Shown here one piece after another: positions 29,864-39,373 of a stretch of DNA of 64,000 bases (the first letter of the stretch is position 1; each line of letters opens with the position of its first letter). The position numbers and the translations under genes were made by a program. The notes under the pieces were generated by a model. The model ran no database searches and had not been told where the DNA came from. It saw only the letters and a list, made by a program, of their open reading frames with translations. The DNA comes from a virus (taxonomy: Duplodnaviria; Heunggongvirae; Uroviricota; Caudoviricetes). The stretch lies in IMG/VR virus record IMGVR_UViG_3300035696_001272; one strand, given 5' to 3'.

Positions 29864-30526
29864 ATGCCAAAATTTGAAAGTCCATTAGGTAGTAGAGAGT
29901 TTCGTAATCCAGGAATGAGAGAGATCAATGTTCCTGATGAAAGTGGACAAGCACCTTTACCAGCACGTCCTCATCAATCACCACCTGTTCTTGACCAGGC
30001 AGCATTCCAAGAGTTTCAATCTCGTATGCAACCACCTCCTCCTCAAATGAGAGAGATGTCGCCAGCAGAACAAGATATTCTAGCAGCTAAAAGAGCTAGA
30101 AGAGAAGGTAAAGAAAGATTGACAGATGGTGCCAAGCGTCGTATTGAGATGCTAATTGGTATGACCAGATCAAGCAAGGATTTAGATATTGCTGGACAAC
30201 ATTATAGATTGCAGACACTAACATCACAGGAATTACGTGATGCTATTACTGGAGCAGCCGAATATGATGGTACTGTTCAGTTTATTTTTGAAACTAGAAA
30301 ACAACTACTGGCTCGTTCACTTGTAATAGTGGCTGGAGTGGAAGTTGATCAGTTCTTAAATTCTACTGAAATGGAAGCTCGTTTAGAGTTCATCGAGTTG
30401 ATGGATCACGCCCTATTACAAAGATTATACAATGAATATGTAGCCTTGGCACAGGAAGCTCAGGATAAATACGCTATGAAGACTGAGGCCCAGGTTAAGG
30501 AGGTACTGGAAGATCTAAAAAAATAA
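29864..30526 (+). CDS. Tail assembly chaperone (gpG equivalent)
   Basis: Between tube and tape measure; ends at slippery A7 immediately before its stop. Confidence 0.8.
   Translation: MPKFESPLGSREFRNPGMREINVPDESGQAPLPARPHQSPPVLDQAAFQEFQSRMQPPPPQMREMSPAEQDILAAKRARREGKERLTDGAKRRIEMLIGMTRSSKDLDIAGQHYRLQTLTSQELRDAITGAAEYDGTVQFIFETRKQLLARSLVIVAGVEVDQFLNSTEMEARLEFIELMDHALLQRLYNEYVALAQEAQDKYAMKTEAQVKEVLEDLKK
30517..30523 (+). other. Programmed -1 ribosomal frameshift site (A AAA AAA)
   Basis: CTA AAA AAA TAA; the -1 frame is open (I-I-N-E-P-E-H-R-F-I-W-H-L-C-K) into the 30559-30873 ORF. Confidence 0.8.
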
Positions 30527-30873
30527 TAAATGAACCGGAACACCGTTTCATTTGGCATTTGTGTAAGATGTACCAGAAATTGCCAATTGATCCATTTATT
30601 ACTGAAATGGATCCGGTTCTAAAGATGTGGCTGTATGAACAATGGCTAGGCGATCATCGAGATGATGCAGAACTAGCTAAAAATCACGCATATCTATTAG
30701 GCTCCTTCTTTAACTCTGAAGCGGTACAACAACTACTAAATGATAATGTTCACGAATCCTCCGATGAGGATTATGAAGAGTCTCTGAGAATGGTTAGAGA
30801 CACCAATCTCAAGCTACTACAAGCTGAGAAAGCCCCGAAAAGAAGAAAGCGTAAGGCAACCCTAAAGGAATGA
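30523..30873 (+). CDS. C-terminal extension of tail chaperone (gpGT equivalent) made by frameshifting
   Basis: No convincing own RBS/start; in -1 frame relative to the upstream gene; ends 3 nt before tape measure ATG. Confidence 0.75.
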   Translation: MINEPEHRFIWHLCKMYQKLPIDPFITEMDPVLKMWLYEQWLGDHRDDAELAKNHAYLLGSFFNSEAVQQLLNDNVHESSDEDYEESLRMVRDTNLKLLQAEKAPKRRKRKATLKE

Positions 30874-30876
30874 TAA

Positions 30877-33294
30877 ATGGCCAACGGAACTGACCCAACG
30901 ACAACAGCAACTACCGACATAGTGACGCCTAGTGCTGATGATCAGCAACAGTGGCAACAGTTTAATACACTTATCGATAGTACTGGCACCAGCCTAACCA
31001 ATGTCGGTAATATTGGCCATACAATCACCAACGTTTTCAATAGCCTTGGTGGCCAAATATCAACCTTAGGTAATTCATTCAATTCGCTAAGTGGTATGAC
31101 AGACGATACCGCTGCTAAATTTGGTTTGATTACAACATCTGTTATTGGTGCCACAGAAGCATTCAAAAATCTGGCTGGTGTAGATACCACTCGTCTAGTT
31201 ACTTTCAAAGGCCAACTGAAAGACCTTCTTGACATCGTTAGAGAAGGTCCCGGAACTCAATTAGCAGCTAGAGCCATCTCTGACATAATTGGCGAAATGA
31301 CATCCCTAGGCGCATCATCGGATATAACCAAAAAAGCCTTTGCAGAACTTAAGACTGGTGTTACAACAATGGCCGCAGCATTTCTAAACAGCGCCGATAA
31401 CATTGTTAGACTTCAAAATTCTTTCATGCAAATGACCATTCAAGGAAGTGGTTCAAATGCCCTCTTTAGAAACATCTCTGAAACCATTAAGGGAGTAGGA
31501 ACAGATTTCAACAATATAAACGATGTTACATCACGTTACACCGCAGTTTTGAACAATGCTACTAGGGCTTTAGGTGGCAATCAAGAATTAGCATCACAGT
31601 ACATGGCAGAAATCAATAGAATGCCTGGTGGTCTAAAAGCACTACTGACACAAACGGAACTGGCTGGCAACAAAACTGATCTCCTGACTGCTAGCATGCA
31701 TTATGCTGTAGGGGCTGGCCGAGATCAAAAATCTGTCTTCGATGACATGAACAAGGCCATGACAGAATATAGTTTGACTGGTGGTGACGCCCTTAGGTTC
31801 TCTGCCAGAATGACTGAAGTAGCTGATACGTTAGGCGCTCAAGTTAGAGATGTGCAGGGTGCTTTGACAGAATCAGCTGACGCTTTTAAGATGTTTGTTT
31901 CTGATGGCGCTAACGCTGCCAACATGACGCAGGGCATGGCCGATGCGATGAGAAACTATGTTGGTGAACTAACTTCAGTTGGTATTCCGGCACAAAATGC
32001 TATCCAAATGTTTAGAAACTATACCAGCGTTATGAAAGATATGAATCTTGGTCAACAGGCATTCGTATCTACCATGACTGGTGGACCGGGCGGACTTCGT
32101 GGCGCTTTTCAAATGGACCAGCTAGTTAGACAGGGCAATTTCGAAGAGATTCGACGCAAAGTTGAGCAAACAATTAGAAGAATGACTGGCCCCCTCGTTT
32201 CCTTGGATGAAGCTTCCAAAAGTGAAGGCGCTGCAGCCCAATACACTCGTCAAATTCAATTGCTACAAAGTGGACCATTGGGTGGTTTGGCTAAAACCAG
32301 ACCAGAAGCTGAAGCTCTCTTGCAAGCTATGAAAGAAGGTAAGAAAATTCCTACTACCGGAAAGACTGCCGAACAATCTTTGAATGAGACCGTAGCACGT
32401 GGTACCAAGTGGCAAGAAGGAACTTATACGGAAGTATCTAAAGCTGTAGGTATTCTAAGGGAAAGGCAAGTACAAGCTGGTACAATTAACTTAAGAACTG
32501 TCAGAGGACTGACTGGAGCTACTGGAATGTTGGGTGGCGGTATGGGTGGAGCTGGGGCTGGAATTTCTCCCGCTATACAAGAAAGAATAAGGGCCGCTCA
32601 GAGAGTTGCTACAACAGGTGGAACTGGCGCAGATGTATTCAAAGAATTGGGTGAGTCAATCGGTAATTTGCCGGCCTCAGTAAAAGAAGCTATGAATACA
32701 CTCAGAGATGCAGTTTCATCTGGTAAACGAGAAACTATTACCCAGGCCAACCAACGTGTAACTGAGGCCGTACAGGGCGCTGTAAGTCGTCAAAATGTAT
32801 CACTCGGTGCTTTCAGTCAAATTGAAGACTATGCCCCAGCTGGAAGACAACTTGGTCGTAACGTGACAACTGGAGGTGGCGGCGGAACTGATGCAGTTTC
32901 ATCTGGTAAACGAGAAACTATTACCCAGGCCAACCAACGTGTAACTGAGGCCGTACAGGGCGCTGTAAGTCGTCAAAATGTATCACTCGGTGCTTTCAGT
33001 CAAATTGAAGACTATGCCCCAGCTGGAAGACAACTTGGTCGTAACGTGACAACTGGAGGTGGCGGCGGAACTACAACAGGTGGTCACACAGCAGGTAAGA
33101 CTGCACTGACACCAACTCAATTAGGTGGTGGACAGTCCAGTGGTCAACCAATACCAGTAGTATTGGCTAGTGGTTCCGCAATCAGCGTTAACTTTACAGG
33201 CGTCTGTCCTCATTGTGGAAAAGGCGTTCACACTACCGAAGTGGCACACACTGTTGCACCGCAAGCTTTGGGTGGTTTTGGAGCAGGATTTTAA
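30877..33294 (+). CDS. Tape measure protein, 805 aa
   Basis: Follows chaperone pair; Ala/Gly/Met/Gln-rich, helical character. Confidence 0.8.
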   Translation: MANGTDPTTTATTDIVTPSADDQQQWQQFNTLIDSTGTSLTNVGNIGHTITNVFNSLGGQISTLGNSFNSLSGMTDDTAAKFGLITTSVIGATEAFKNLAGVDTTRLVTFKGQLKDLLDIVREGPGTQLAARAISDIIGEMTSLGASSDITKKAFAELKTGVTTMAAAFLNSADNIVRLQNSFMQMTIQGSGSNALFRNISETIKGVGTDFNNINDVTSRYTAVLNNATRALGGNQELASQYMAEINRMPGGLKALLTQTELAGNKTDLLTASMHYAVGAGRDQKSVFDDMNKAMTEYSLTGGDALRFSARMTEVADTLGAQVRDVQGALTESADAFKMFVSDGANAANMTQGMADAMRNYVGELTSVGIPAQNAIQMFRNYTSVMKDMNLGQQAFVSTMTGGPGGLRGAFQMDQLVRQGNFEEIRRKVEQTIRRMTGPLVSLDEASKSEGAAAQYTRQIQLLQSGPLGGLAKTRPEAEALLQAMKEGKKIPTTGKTAEQSLNETVARGTKWQEGTYTEVSKAVGILRERQVQAGTINLRTVRGLTGATGMLGGGMGGAGAGISPAIQERIRAAQRVATTGGTGADVFKELGESIGNLPASVKEAMNTLRDAVSSGKRETITQANQRVTEAVQGAVSRQNVSLGAFSQIEDYAPAGRQLGRNVTTGGGGGTDAVSSGKRETITQANQRVTEAVQGAVSRQNVSLGAFSQIEDYAPAGRQLGRNVTTGGGGGTTTGGHTAGKTALTPTQLGGGQSSGQPIPVVLASGSAISVNFTGVCPHCGKGVHTTEVAHTVAPQALGGFGAGF
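32707..33072 (+). repeat. Exact 183-bp in-frame tandem duplication (61 aa)
   Basis: 32707-32889 is identical to 32890-33072 (DAVSSGKRETITQ...NVTTGGGGGT x2). Confidence 0.97.
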
Positions 33295-33313
33295 CTGATA
33301 ACAAGGAAATAAT

Positions 33314-34249
33314 ATGGCTACCTTTTCATTAGACTCATCAATAAGCGGTGTAAATAATTTAGCCGCTACCATAAATGGTCTGAACCCAGTTACACAACAG
33401 CAATTGGGCTTGGCTCAGCAAAGTGGATTCCTGGTTGGAGCTACTCCAGCAGATGATGGCAACGGATTACCATTTACCCAAATTAGCCCAAATGTTAATG
33501 CTTCAATTAACAGAAATATTATTACTTGGTTCGTTCCACAGTATGGAACAGTGCGTATGTTTATCAACCCGCAGAATATTTCCTATGTTCACAAAAAACT
33601 AATTAATAAGGACAGAACTAAGGGTGGATTTACTTTGCAATACTGGGGAGAAGAATTAAGCCAACTCAATATTGGTGGTACGACTGGTAGTTCTGGTATC
33701 GAAGGCATTAATATGTTGTACGAGATTTATCGTGCTGAGCAATATGCTTTTGACGCTATTGGCCTCACCTTAGCTGCAAATAATGCTTCAGCTGACGTGG
33801 CTAACAACTTAAATCAGGGTATTGGTGGCGCTATAGGGCAGACAATTGGTACCAACAATTTCGTACAAGCTTCCAACGGAGCTGGTCTTCTAGGTGGTAT
33901 ATTAGGATTAGATTCCCCTAGCAATCTCTTATCGGCTAGAAATATTCCATCTTTGGCATCTTTGGCCTTCGCAGTGGAAATGTATTATGATGGCTGGGTT
34001 TATAGAGGATACTTTGAGAATATGACTATTAATGAGCGAGCTGACAATTTTCTATTGGAATACAGCATGCTATTTACTGTTACTCAGAGAAGAGGTTACA
34101 GAACCAATTACTTCCCATGGAGTAACAGCCCAATTAATGGTCCAAGCAGTTACAACACTCCACCGTCTTTCAGTGGTTTTACTCAAGTAAATGCAACTGC
34201 AGCTTCTCAAGGAGCAACTATTAATGCTAATACTTTGGTGAACCTGTAA
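33314..34249 (+). CDS. Probable tail tube initiator/baseplate-tube junction protein
   Basis: After tape measure; MFINPQNI...RTKGG...YWGEEL..LNIGGTTG and YRGYFENMTINE...YSMLFTV pattern of tube-fold initiators. Confidence 0.65.
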   Translation: MATFSLDSSISGVNNLAATINGLNPVTQQQLGLAQQSGFLVGATPADDGNGLPFTQISPNVNASINRNIITWFVPQYGTVRMFINPQNISYVHKKLINKDRTKGGFTLQYWGEELSQLNIGGTTGSSGIEGINMLYEIYRAEQYAFDAIGLTLAANNASADVANNLNQGIGGAIGQTIGTNNFVQASNGAGLLGGILGLDSPSNLLSARNIPSLASLAFAVEMYYDGWVYRGYFENMTINERADNFLLEYSMLFTVTQRRGYRTNYFPWSNSPINGPSSYNTPPSFSGFTQVNATAASQGATINANTLVNL

Positions 34250-34256
34250 GGATTTT

Positions 34257-37200
34257 ATGAGTTTTTTGGGTGATTTATCAGATCAGATCAGTAGTCAGTA
34301 TAGTCTGGGTGAAAACACTACTACTTCATTAAATTCTATTGTAGATGGTCAACAAACACAATATGGAAATTTGGGATCTTTTCCCTTCGATCATTCTGCT
34401 GAAAGAAGATATGTGGAAGAGGGATATTTAAGAAGAGATCCTTACAGTACACTTCCAAAATCGAATGATATTCTATGGCAAGAGCCTAATGCTACAGTTT
34501 TAATTAAGAAGAGAATGTATTCTTCTGTAGCTGAGAATTATCGTCCTGATTTTATGGATGCTGATGATAAGCTGTATTACAAGGCCATGAGCATATTGTT
34601 TCAGAACAAATGCAATCAAATATCAGCCCTTGAAAAATTAAGTAAAATAGCACACGTTACCGCTGCTGTTGGAAATGTTAATGAGCAGCTTCTTCCAGTA
34701 ATCGTTACCCTAGCAGACATTGCTAACAACGCATACGCCACTGGTGGAGCCATTAATAACACTGGTAACGTTTTCGGATCATATCCTGGTGGCACTAATC
34801 CATTTACAACTCAGGATGGAACTAGCTTTATTAAAACGGTAGATAGATTAAGAGTCCTATTAGCTTTTAATCATACTAATCCGTACACTACTTGGATTAC
34901 GGACGCCACTAATTTGTATCAGTCCACTTTAGGAGCCGGCACCGGTGTAATTGAAATAACTAACTTCACCACTATCAATACGACTACTACTACAACTTTA
35001 GATGGTGGACGTTTCAGTCTCAGTATCGTTGATCCATATGAATCAATGTTAATTTCTGACTATGATATTGAAGTGGCCCTTAGCGATGCAACTAATCTAT
35101 TCTACAATAACAAAGCATTTCAATTTGGCGTTCAAAGCTCTAACCAAGTAATTGCTGATCAACAGAATCAACTAAGCTCTCTTCGCAGCAGTAGAAATGC
35201 TAGCCCTCTCGATTTTCAAATTGACACGAATACATTAGCAGGCCCAAGAGTAACTGTTATTATCGAACGTTCTGGTATAGAGATTCCGTTCACCTATAAT
35301 GCTTTAGGCATCATTCCTGGATTGGGGGGATCTGGCGGTAGCGTAACTGTTCCAGATGATTACCTCGAAGGTGGAGCTGTTGCTGGTTATGATGGTTTGA
35401 GCACTGCACCGAGTCCATTAGGTATTGGTCAGAATGTCGCAAGACTCTTCAATCAGAATGAATTGAGTCTATTTCAAAGCATCATCACGGCCATCTTTCA
35501 ACAACTAGATTTGTTAGCCAGTACAGCCGGAACTTTTTCCAACAATAACCAACTAACCAACTATGCTCGTCGTAAACTTCGTTTTAACTTTTCAGGAAAA
35601 CTGATCATTCAACCGATGGATGTTGCCCACATCTATATGAGTTCCAAAACTCAGATGGACAACAAAATAATGACAGGTCTTACGCAAATGTTTAGCGGAT
35701 TGGGTATTTTGCAAAACATTGCCAACATGCAAAATTCGATAACCAACGCCACTGATATTTTGTTCAACCCATCAGCTAACATATCGCTTCAAGCTGAAAA
35801 ATCCATGTATGTGGGTCCAGATTTTCCTAATTACCTTTGGGCTTTGGTCAGAACACAGTTCGTAACGGAAAAAGAAGGCACGCACGTTTTTGGTGGAGTT
35901 GTTGAAAGCGCCATAGATACATGGCAAAGTGGAAAGTTCACCATTGATGTAAGTGGTATGGACAATAGCTACTATTTTAAGCAGGGAAAAATCAATTTTA
36001 AGCCAGGAGCTGATGCATTCAATGGATTAATTTTTGATCCTCTTACTCCGTTTAAATCCAATTTTGACAGCATTATTGTTAACAATGTTCCTGGTACACT
36101 GGAACTGTTAGACGAGAACAAAGCTATCCTTTCCGAAACTGGTGCTGGCTCCATGGTTAAGTTCAAGCAGGGGGCTTTAGCTGGAGAAAAGGCTACTCAA
36201 GGAAACTACATTCAAGATCAAAGCATCGATCAAACAACTGGTAGACTCACACGAGTTCTTTATGCTCCAGATGGTTTGGTTTACAAATGGAAACAAGGAA
36301 TTGGCGTCTTCACGCAGGCAGGCTCTTCCAGCACTATCAACGATCCAAGTTTGGTAGGAACTCCAAACATCTATAAAGAACCATTTGCTGGTTTGGATGT
36401 TATGAACGTAATTTCTCTGTTAATCACTGGAACACCGTATAACTTCGCTACTTACTACAAAGCTACGCAGGATTTATTTGGTTTCAGTGGAGATCCACAG
36501 AGCAAGCAATCTTCTTCATACTCATTTATCAATTCTCTAAGAACCAGTTTGACCAAGAGCAATACACTATGGGGAAATTTCATTCCATATAAGAATCTGG
36601 TCATGAATGAACAGGCTATTGCCCAGGCCATGCAGGCTCAATTGACAGTGACCAATGCCAATGCAGATCTTGACAGCAAGCTCAAGAAGTTTAACGATTT
36701 GCAAAAAGCTTTGACTGGATTAGGTGCCATCAACGCTTTATCTACAAACCTACCAGCAAACATTAGTCAGAGTGTCGCGTCCCAGATCAAAGACCTCCAA
36801 GGTCAAGTATCTAACTTAACCAATAACATCAATAATTCAATCTTAGCTGTTCAATCTGCTACTAAGACTTTCTTTAATCAAGTAAACAATAGTCCAACCT
36901 ATGATAGTAATTATCTCATTGATGGTCAAAACAATCCATCGGATAGCGTAGCAAGGAAACAATTACGCAGACAGACTAACTATTTGACTAGACGTATGTC
37001 ATACGATGTTCGCGCCAATCAGGATAAGAATCTATTCATTGTGGATGATTACTATGATGTCGATTACGATATTGCCGCTTTCAATAAAGCTCTGGCTAAT
37101 GGTATCGATTTGTATAGCACAGAGTATAGCAACGTAGTAGATAAAATTAGACAGGCAGCGGATTTGCTTAACTTGGAAGTCTTTTGCGATTCCCAAGGAC

Positions 37201-39365
37201 ACATAAGAGCAAGATCTCCTCAGTACAATAGAATGCCAAGCTCTGTATTTTACAGAATGCTTTACTTGAAACAAGCGCTGAATATACAAATTTTCCCACA
37301 ATTCCTCAATAGTTTGTTTACAGATCAGTTACAAACTTTGAGACAAAATATAGAAATTCTAGAAGACCAAATCAGGTTGGATTGTGCTATCTTGGGACAA
37401 TATCCTAGCATCGATGCTACCGGAGACGCTACTGCATCAAGCTTTCTCACTAGCCAACAGGTAACACAGGGCATGGGCGGAACTTTCAATTTCATCTCGG
37501 ATTCTACGGATACTATTACGGATATCCAAAATCTAGTGGCTCAGGCCAATCCAGAAGTTACAGATGGTGCTATACCCCAAAGCAACTCGGACTACAGCAA
37601 ATTGGTTGCCTCCGGAACATCCACCAAACAACTGTTCGGTAATGCTGAGCAGTATGTTATTTTATTTCAGGCGTTGCAAGCACAAAATCAAGTACAACAG
37701 GGACAGAACACAGGTAGCGGAACCAGTACTTCTATTTTCCAGAACACCGTGGTACAACAACTTATCACACGCATCCAAACCAAATCTGGACAAACTATTA
37801 ACAGCAAAGACTATTTAACTTCTGCTGGACCAAACCAAGCAATCGAAGTAGATACTGGTCAAGTCGTTGATTTGTTCAAAGTAACCAATGAACTCACTCA
37901 ATACATGCAGCAATGGCAAAATGCTGTAAAATTATTCTACCACACTGTTAAGAATGCGGCTGAATACAAATCTCTTGATGATAACAGCACGATAGCTAGC
38001 AGTCTAACTAACCCAGGACTTTTCGGTAATCAAAACATTCCCGAAGTGTATGAACATATGATTGAGGACGAATCGTATGATGATTACGGCCCAGGCTCAG
38101 GTTCTAGATATGTTATCAAACAAGTGCAAATAAGAAGTATTAGAATTGGCGAAAATGCACCACCTTATACAGCCGTTGAAGTTCATGGAACCTTTCCATT
38201 CTTCTCAGAAACACAAGGCGGTGGTGGTCCAAATGGATTGCAATCATTCCCAGGTGGTGGTAACGCTCTAGTAACTGCCTACGCCATAGATTATGATATG
38301 TGGCGTAATTATGGTTTCAAAGAACCATACATCGTCAACGTACCATTTTTGCAAGATCCGGTCTCCCAACTGGGACCATATGCAAGTATGATATTGAGCC
38401 GTAACCGCTATAATATTTTAAGAGGAACACTGACTATATCTGGCAACGAGTATATGCAACCTGGAGAGGTAATATACTTAGAAAATCGTAATCTACTATT
38501 TTACGTTACTTCAGTTAGCCACTCTCTAACACAAGGTGCTGGCTTTACTACCACCCTAGAGCTATCATATGGACATAGTATTGGAGAATATATTCCAACT
38601 GTTTTGGATACTATTGGTAAATTAATTTATAAGAACCAAGAAGTAACCAACACAATTATTCACAGACAAGATTCTTCAGCCACAGAAGAAAACTTGGGCG
38701 TTCTTCAGATAGACGGTAATAATCCTACCGTTCCAGTCACTGGAAACTCAAGTGATAACGCAAGCAACGTTAGCCCATATGCTGCTACCAATCAGACAGT
38801 TATTAACAACATATTGTATACTGCGGCTTACGTAATTAACGCTAACAATACTGTTGGTAATAACGTAAAGGCCGCTGTTGAATTAAGAATTTTTTACGAC
38901 AAAAACAATCCAGTAAATTCACAACTTATGACTCAAGCCACTGCGGCTATGCAAAGTTTGACTGGCGGATCGCAGAGTATCAATAATGCAGCCGTTCAAA
39001 ATCAACCAGTACAAAATATTACATTACCAGCTGATGCAGTAACTATAGCAACAATAAGTATGGATGATGAAACAGATAGAAGGTCACCTTCTCAAAAAGC
39101 TCTTGATGCTGCTAGAAATCAAATGAATAATGTAAGTACTAATACTGGTACACCAAATCCTTCAAATCCAAGTCCTAATCCAGGAACCAATTCAAGTGGC
39201 AGCAATACTGGAACAAATGCATCAGCAATTACAGCAAACAACAATCAACTAAGAATTTCACTGTTTAGTTATATTATTGACTGTTGGGTAACCTTCACTC
39301 AGGTTTCAGACTCAATGGCTAACCCAACCAGCACTACAACAGGTAATTTTGGGCCTGGGTTTTAA
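34257..39365 (+). CDS. Probable baseplate hub protein (gp27/late-control D-like) with large insertions, 1702 aa
   Basis: LEVFCDSQGHIRAR and GTLTISGNEYMQPGEVIY...FYVTSVSHSL...FTTTLELSYG signatures; synteny. Confidence 0.75.
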   Translation: MSFLGDLSDQISSQYSLGENTTTSLNSIVDGQQTQYGNLGSFPFDHSAERRYVEEGYLRRDPYSTLPKSNDILWQEPNATVLIKKRMYSSVAENYRPDFMDADDKLYYKAMSILFQNKCNQISALEKLSKIAHVTAAVGNVNEQLLPVIVTLADIANNAYATGGAINNTGNVFGSYPGGTNPFTTQDGTSFIKTVDRLRVLLAFNHTNPYTTWITDATNLYQSTLGAGTGVIEITNFTTINTTTTTTLDGGRFSLSIVDPYESMLISDYDIEVALSDATNLFYNNKAFQFGVQSSNQVIADQQNQLSSLRSSRNASPLDFQIDTNTLAGPRVTVIIERSGIEIPFTYNALGIIPGLGGSGGSVTVPDDYLEGGAVAGYDGLSTAPSPLGIGQNVARLFNQNELSLFQSIITAIFQQLDLLASTAGTFSNNNQLTNYARRKLRFNFSGKLIIQPMDVAHIYMSSKTQMDNKIMTGLTQMFSGLGILQNIANMQNSITNATDILFNPSANISLQAEKSMYVGPDFPNYLWALVRTQFVTEKEGTHVFGGVVESAIDTWQSGKFTIDVSGMDNSYYFKQGKINFKPGADAFNGLIFDPLTPFKSNFDSIIVNNVPGTLELLDENKAILSETGAGSMVKFKQGALAGEKATQGNYIQDQSIDQTTGRLTRVLYAPDGLVYKWKQGIGVFTQAGSSSTINDPSLVGTPNIYKEPFAGLDVMNVISLLITGTPYNFATYYKATQDLFGFSGDPQSKQSSSYSFINSLRTSLTKSNTLWGNFIPYKNLVMNEQAIAQAMQAQLTVTNANADLDSKLKKFNDLQKALTGLGAINALSTNLPANISQSVASQIKDLQGQVSNLTNNINNSILAVQSATKTFFNQVNNSPTYDSNYLIDGQNNPSDSVARKQLRRQTNYLTRRMSYDVRANQDKNLFIVDDYYDVDYDIAAFNKALANGIDLYSTEYSNVVDKIRQAADLLNLEVFCDSQGHIRARSPQYNRMPSSVFYRMLYLKQALNIQIFPQFLNSLFTDQLQTLRQNIEILEDQIRLDCAILGQYPSIDATGDATASSFLTSQQVTQGMGGTFNFISDSTDTITDIQNLVAQANPEVTDGAIPQSNSDYSKLVASGTSTKQLFGNAEQYVILFQALQAQNQVQQGQNTGSGTSTSIFQNTVVQQLITRIQTKSGQTINSKDYLTSAGPNQAIEVDTGQVVDLFKVTNELTQYMQQWQNAVKLFYHTVKNAAEYKSLDDNSTIASSLTNPGLFGNQNIPEVYEHMIEDESYDDYGPGSGSRYVIKQVQIRSIRIGENAPPYTAVEVHGTFPFFSETQGGGGPNGLQSFPGGGNALVTAYAIDYDMWRNYGFKEPYIVNVPFLQDPVSQLGPYASMILSRNRYNILRGTLTISGNEYMQPGEVIYLENRNLLFYVTSVSHSLTQGAGFTTTLELSYGHSIGEYIPTVLDTIGKLIYKNQEVTNTIIHRQDSSATEENLGVLQIDGNNPTVPVTGNSSDNASNVSPYAATNQTVINNILYTAAYVINANNTVGNNVKAAVELRIFYDKNNPVNSQLMTQATAAMQSLTGGSQSINNAAVQNQPVQNITLPADAVTIATISMDDETDRRSPSQKALDAARNQMNNVSTNTGTPNPSNPSPNPGTNSSGSNTGTNASAITANNNQLRISLFSYIIDCWVTFTQVSDSMANPTSTTTGNFGPGF

Positions 39366-39373
39366 GGGGTCTA

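Noticed and set aside
30559-30873. Independent gene starting at TTG 30559
   Set aside because: No RBS; better explained as the -1 frameshift extension of the chaperone
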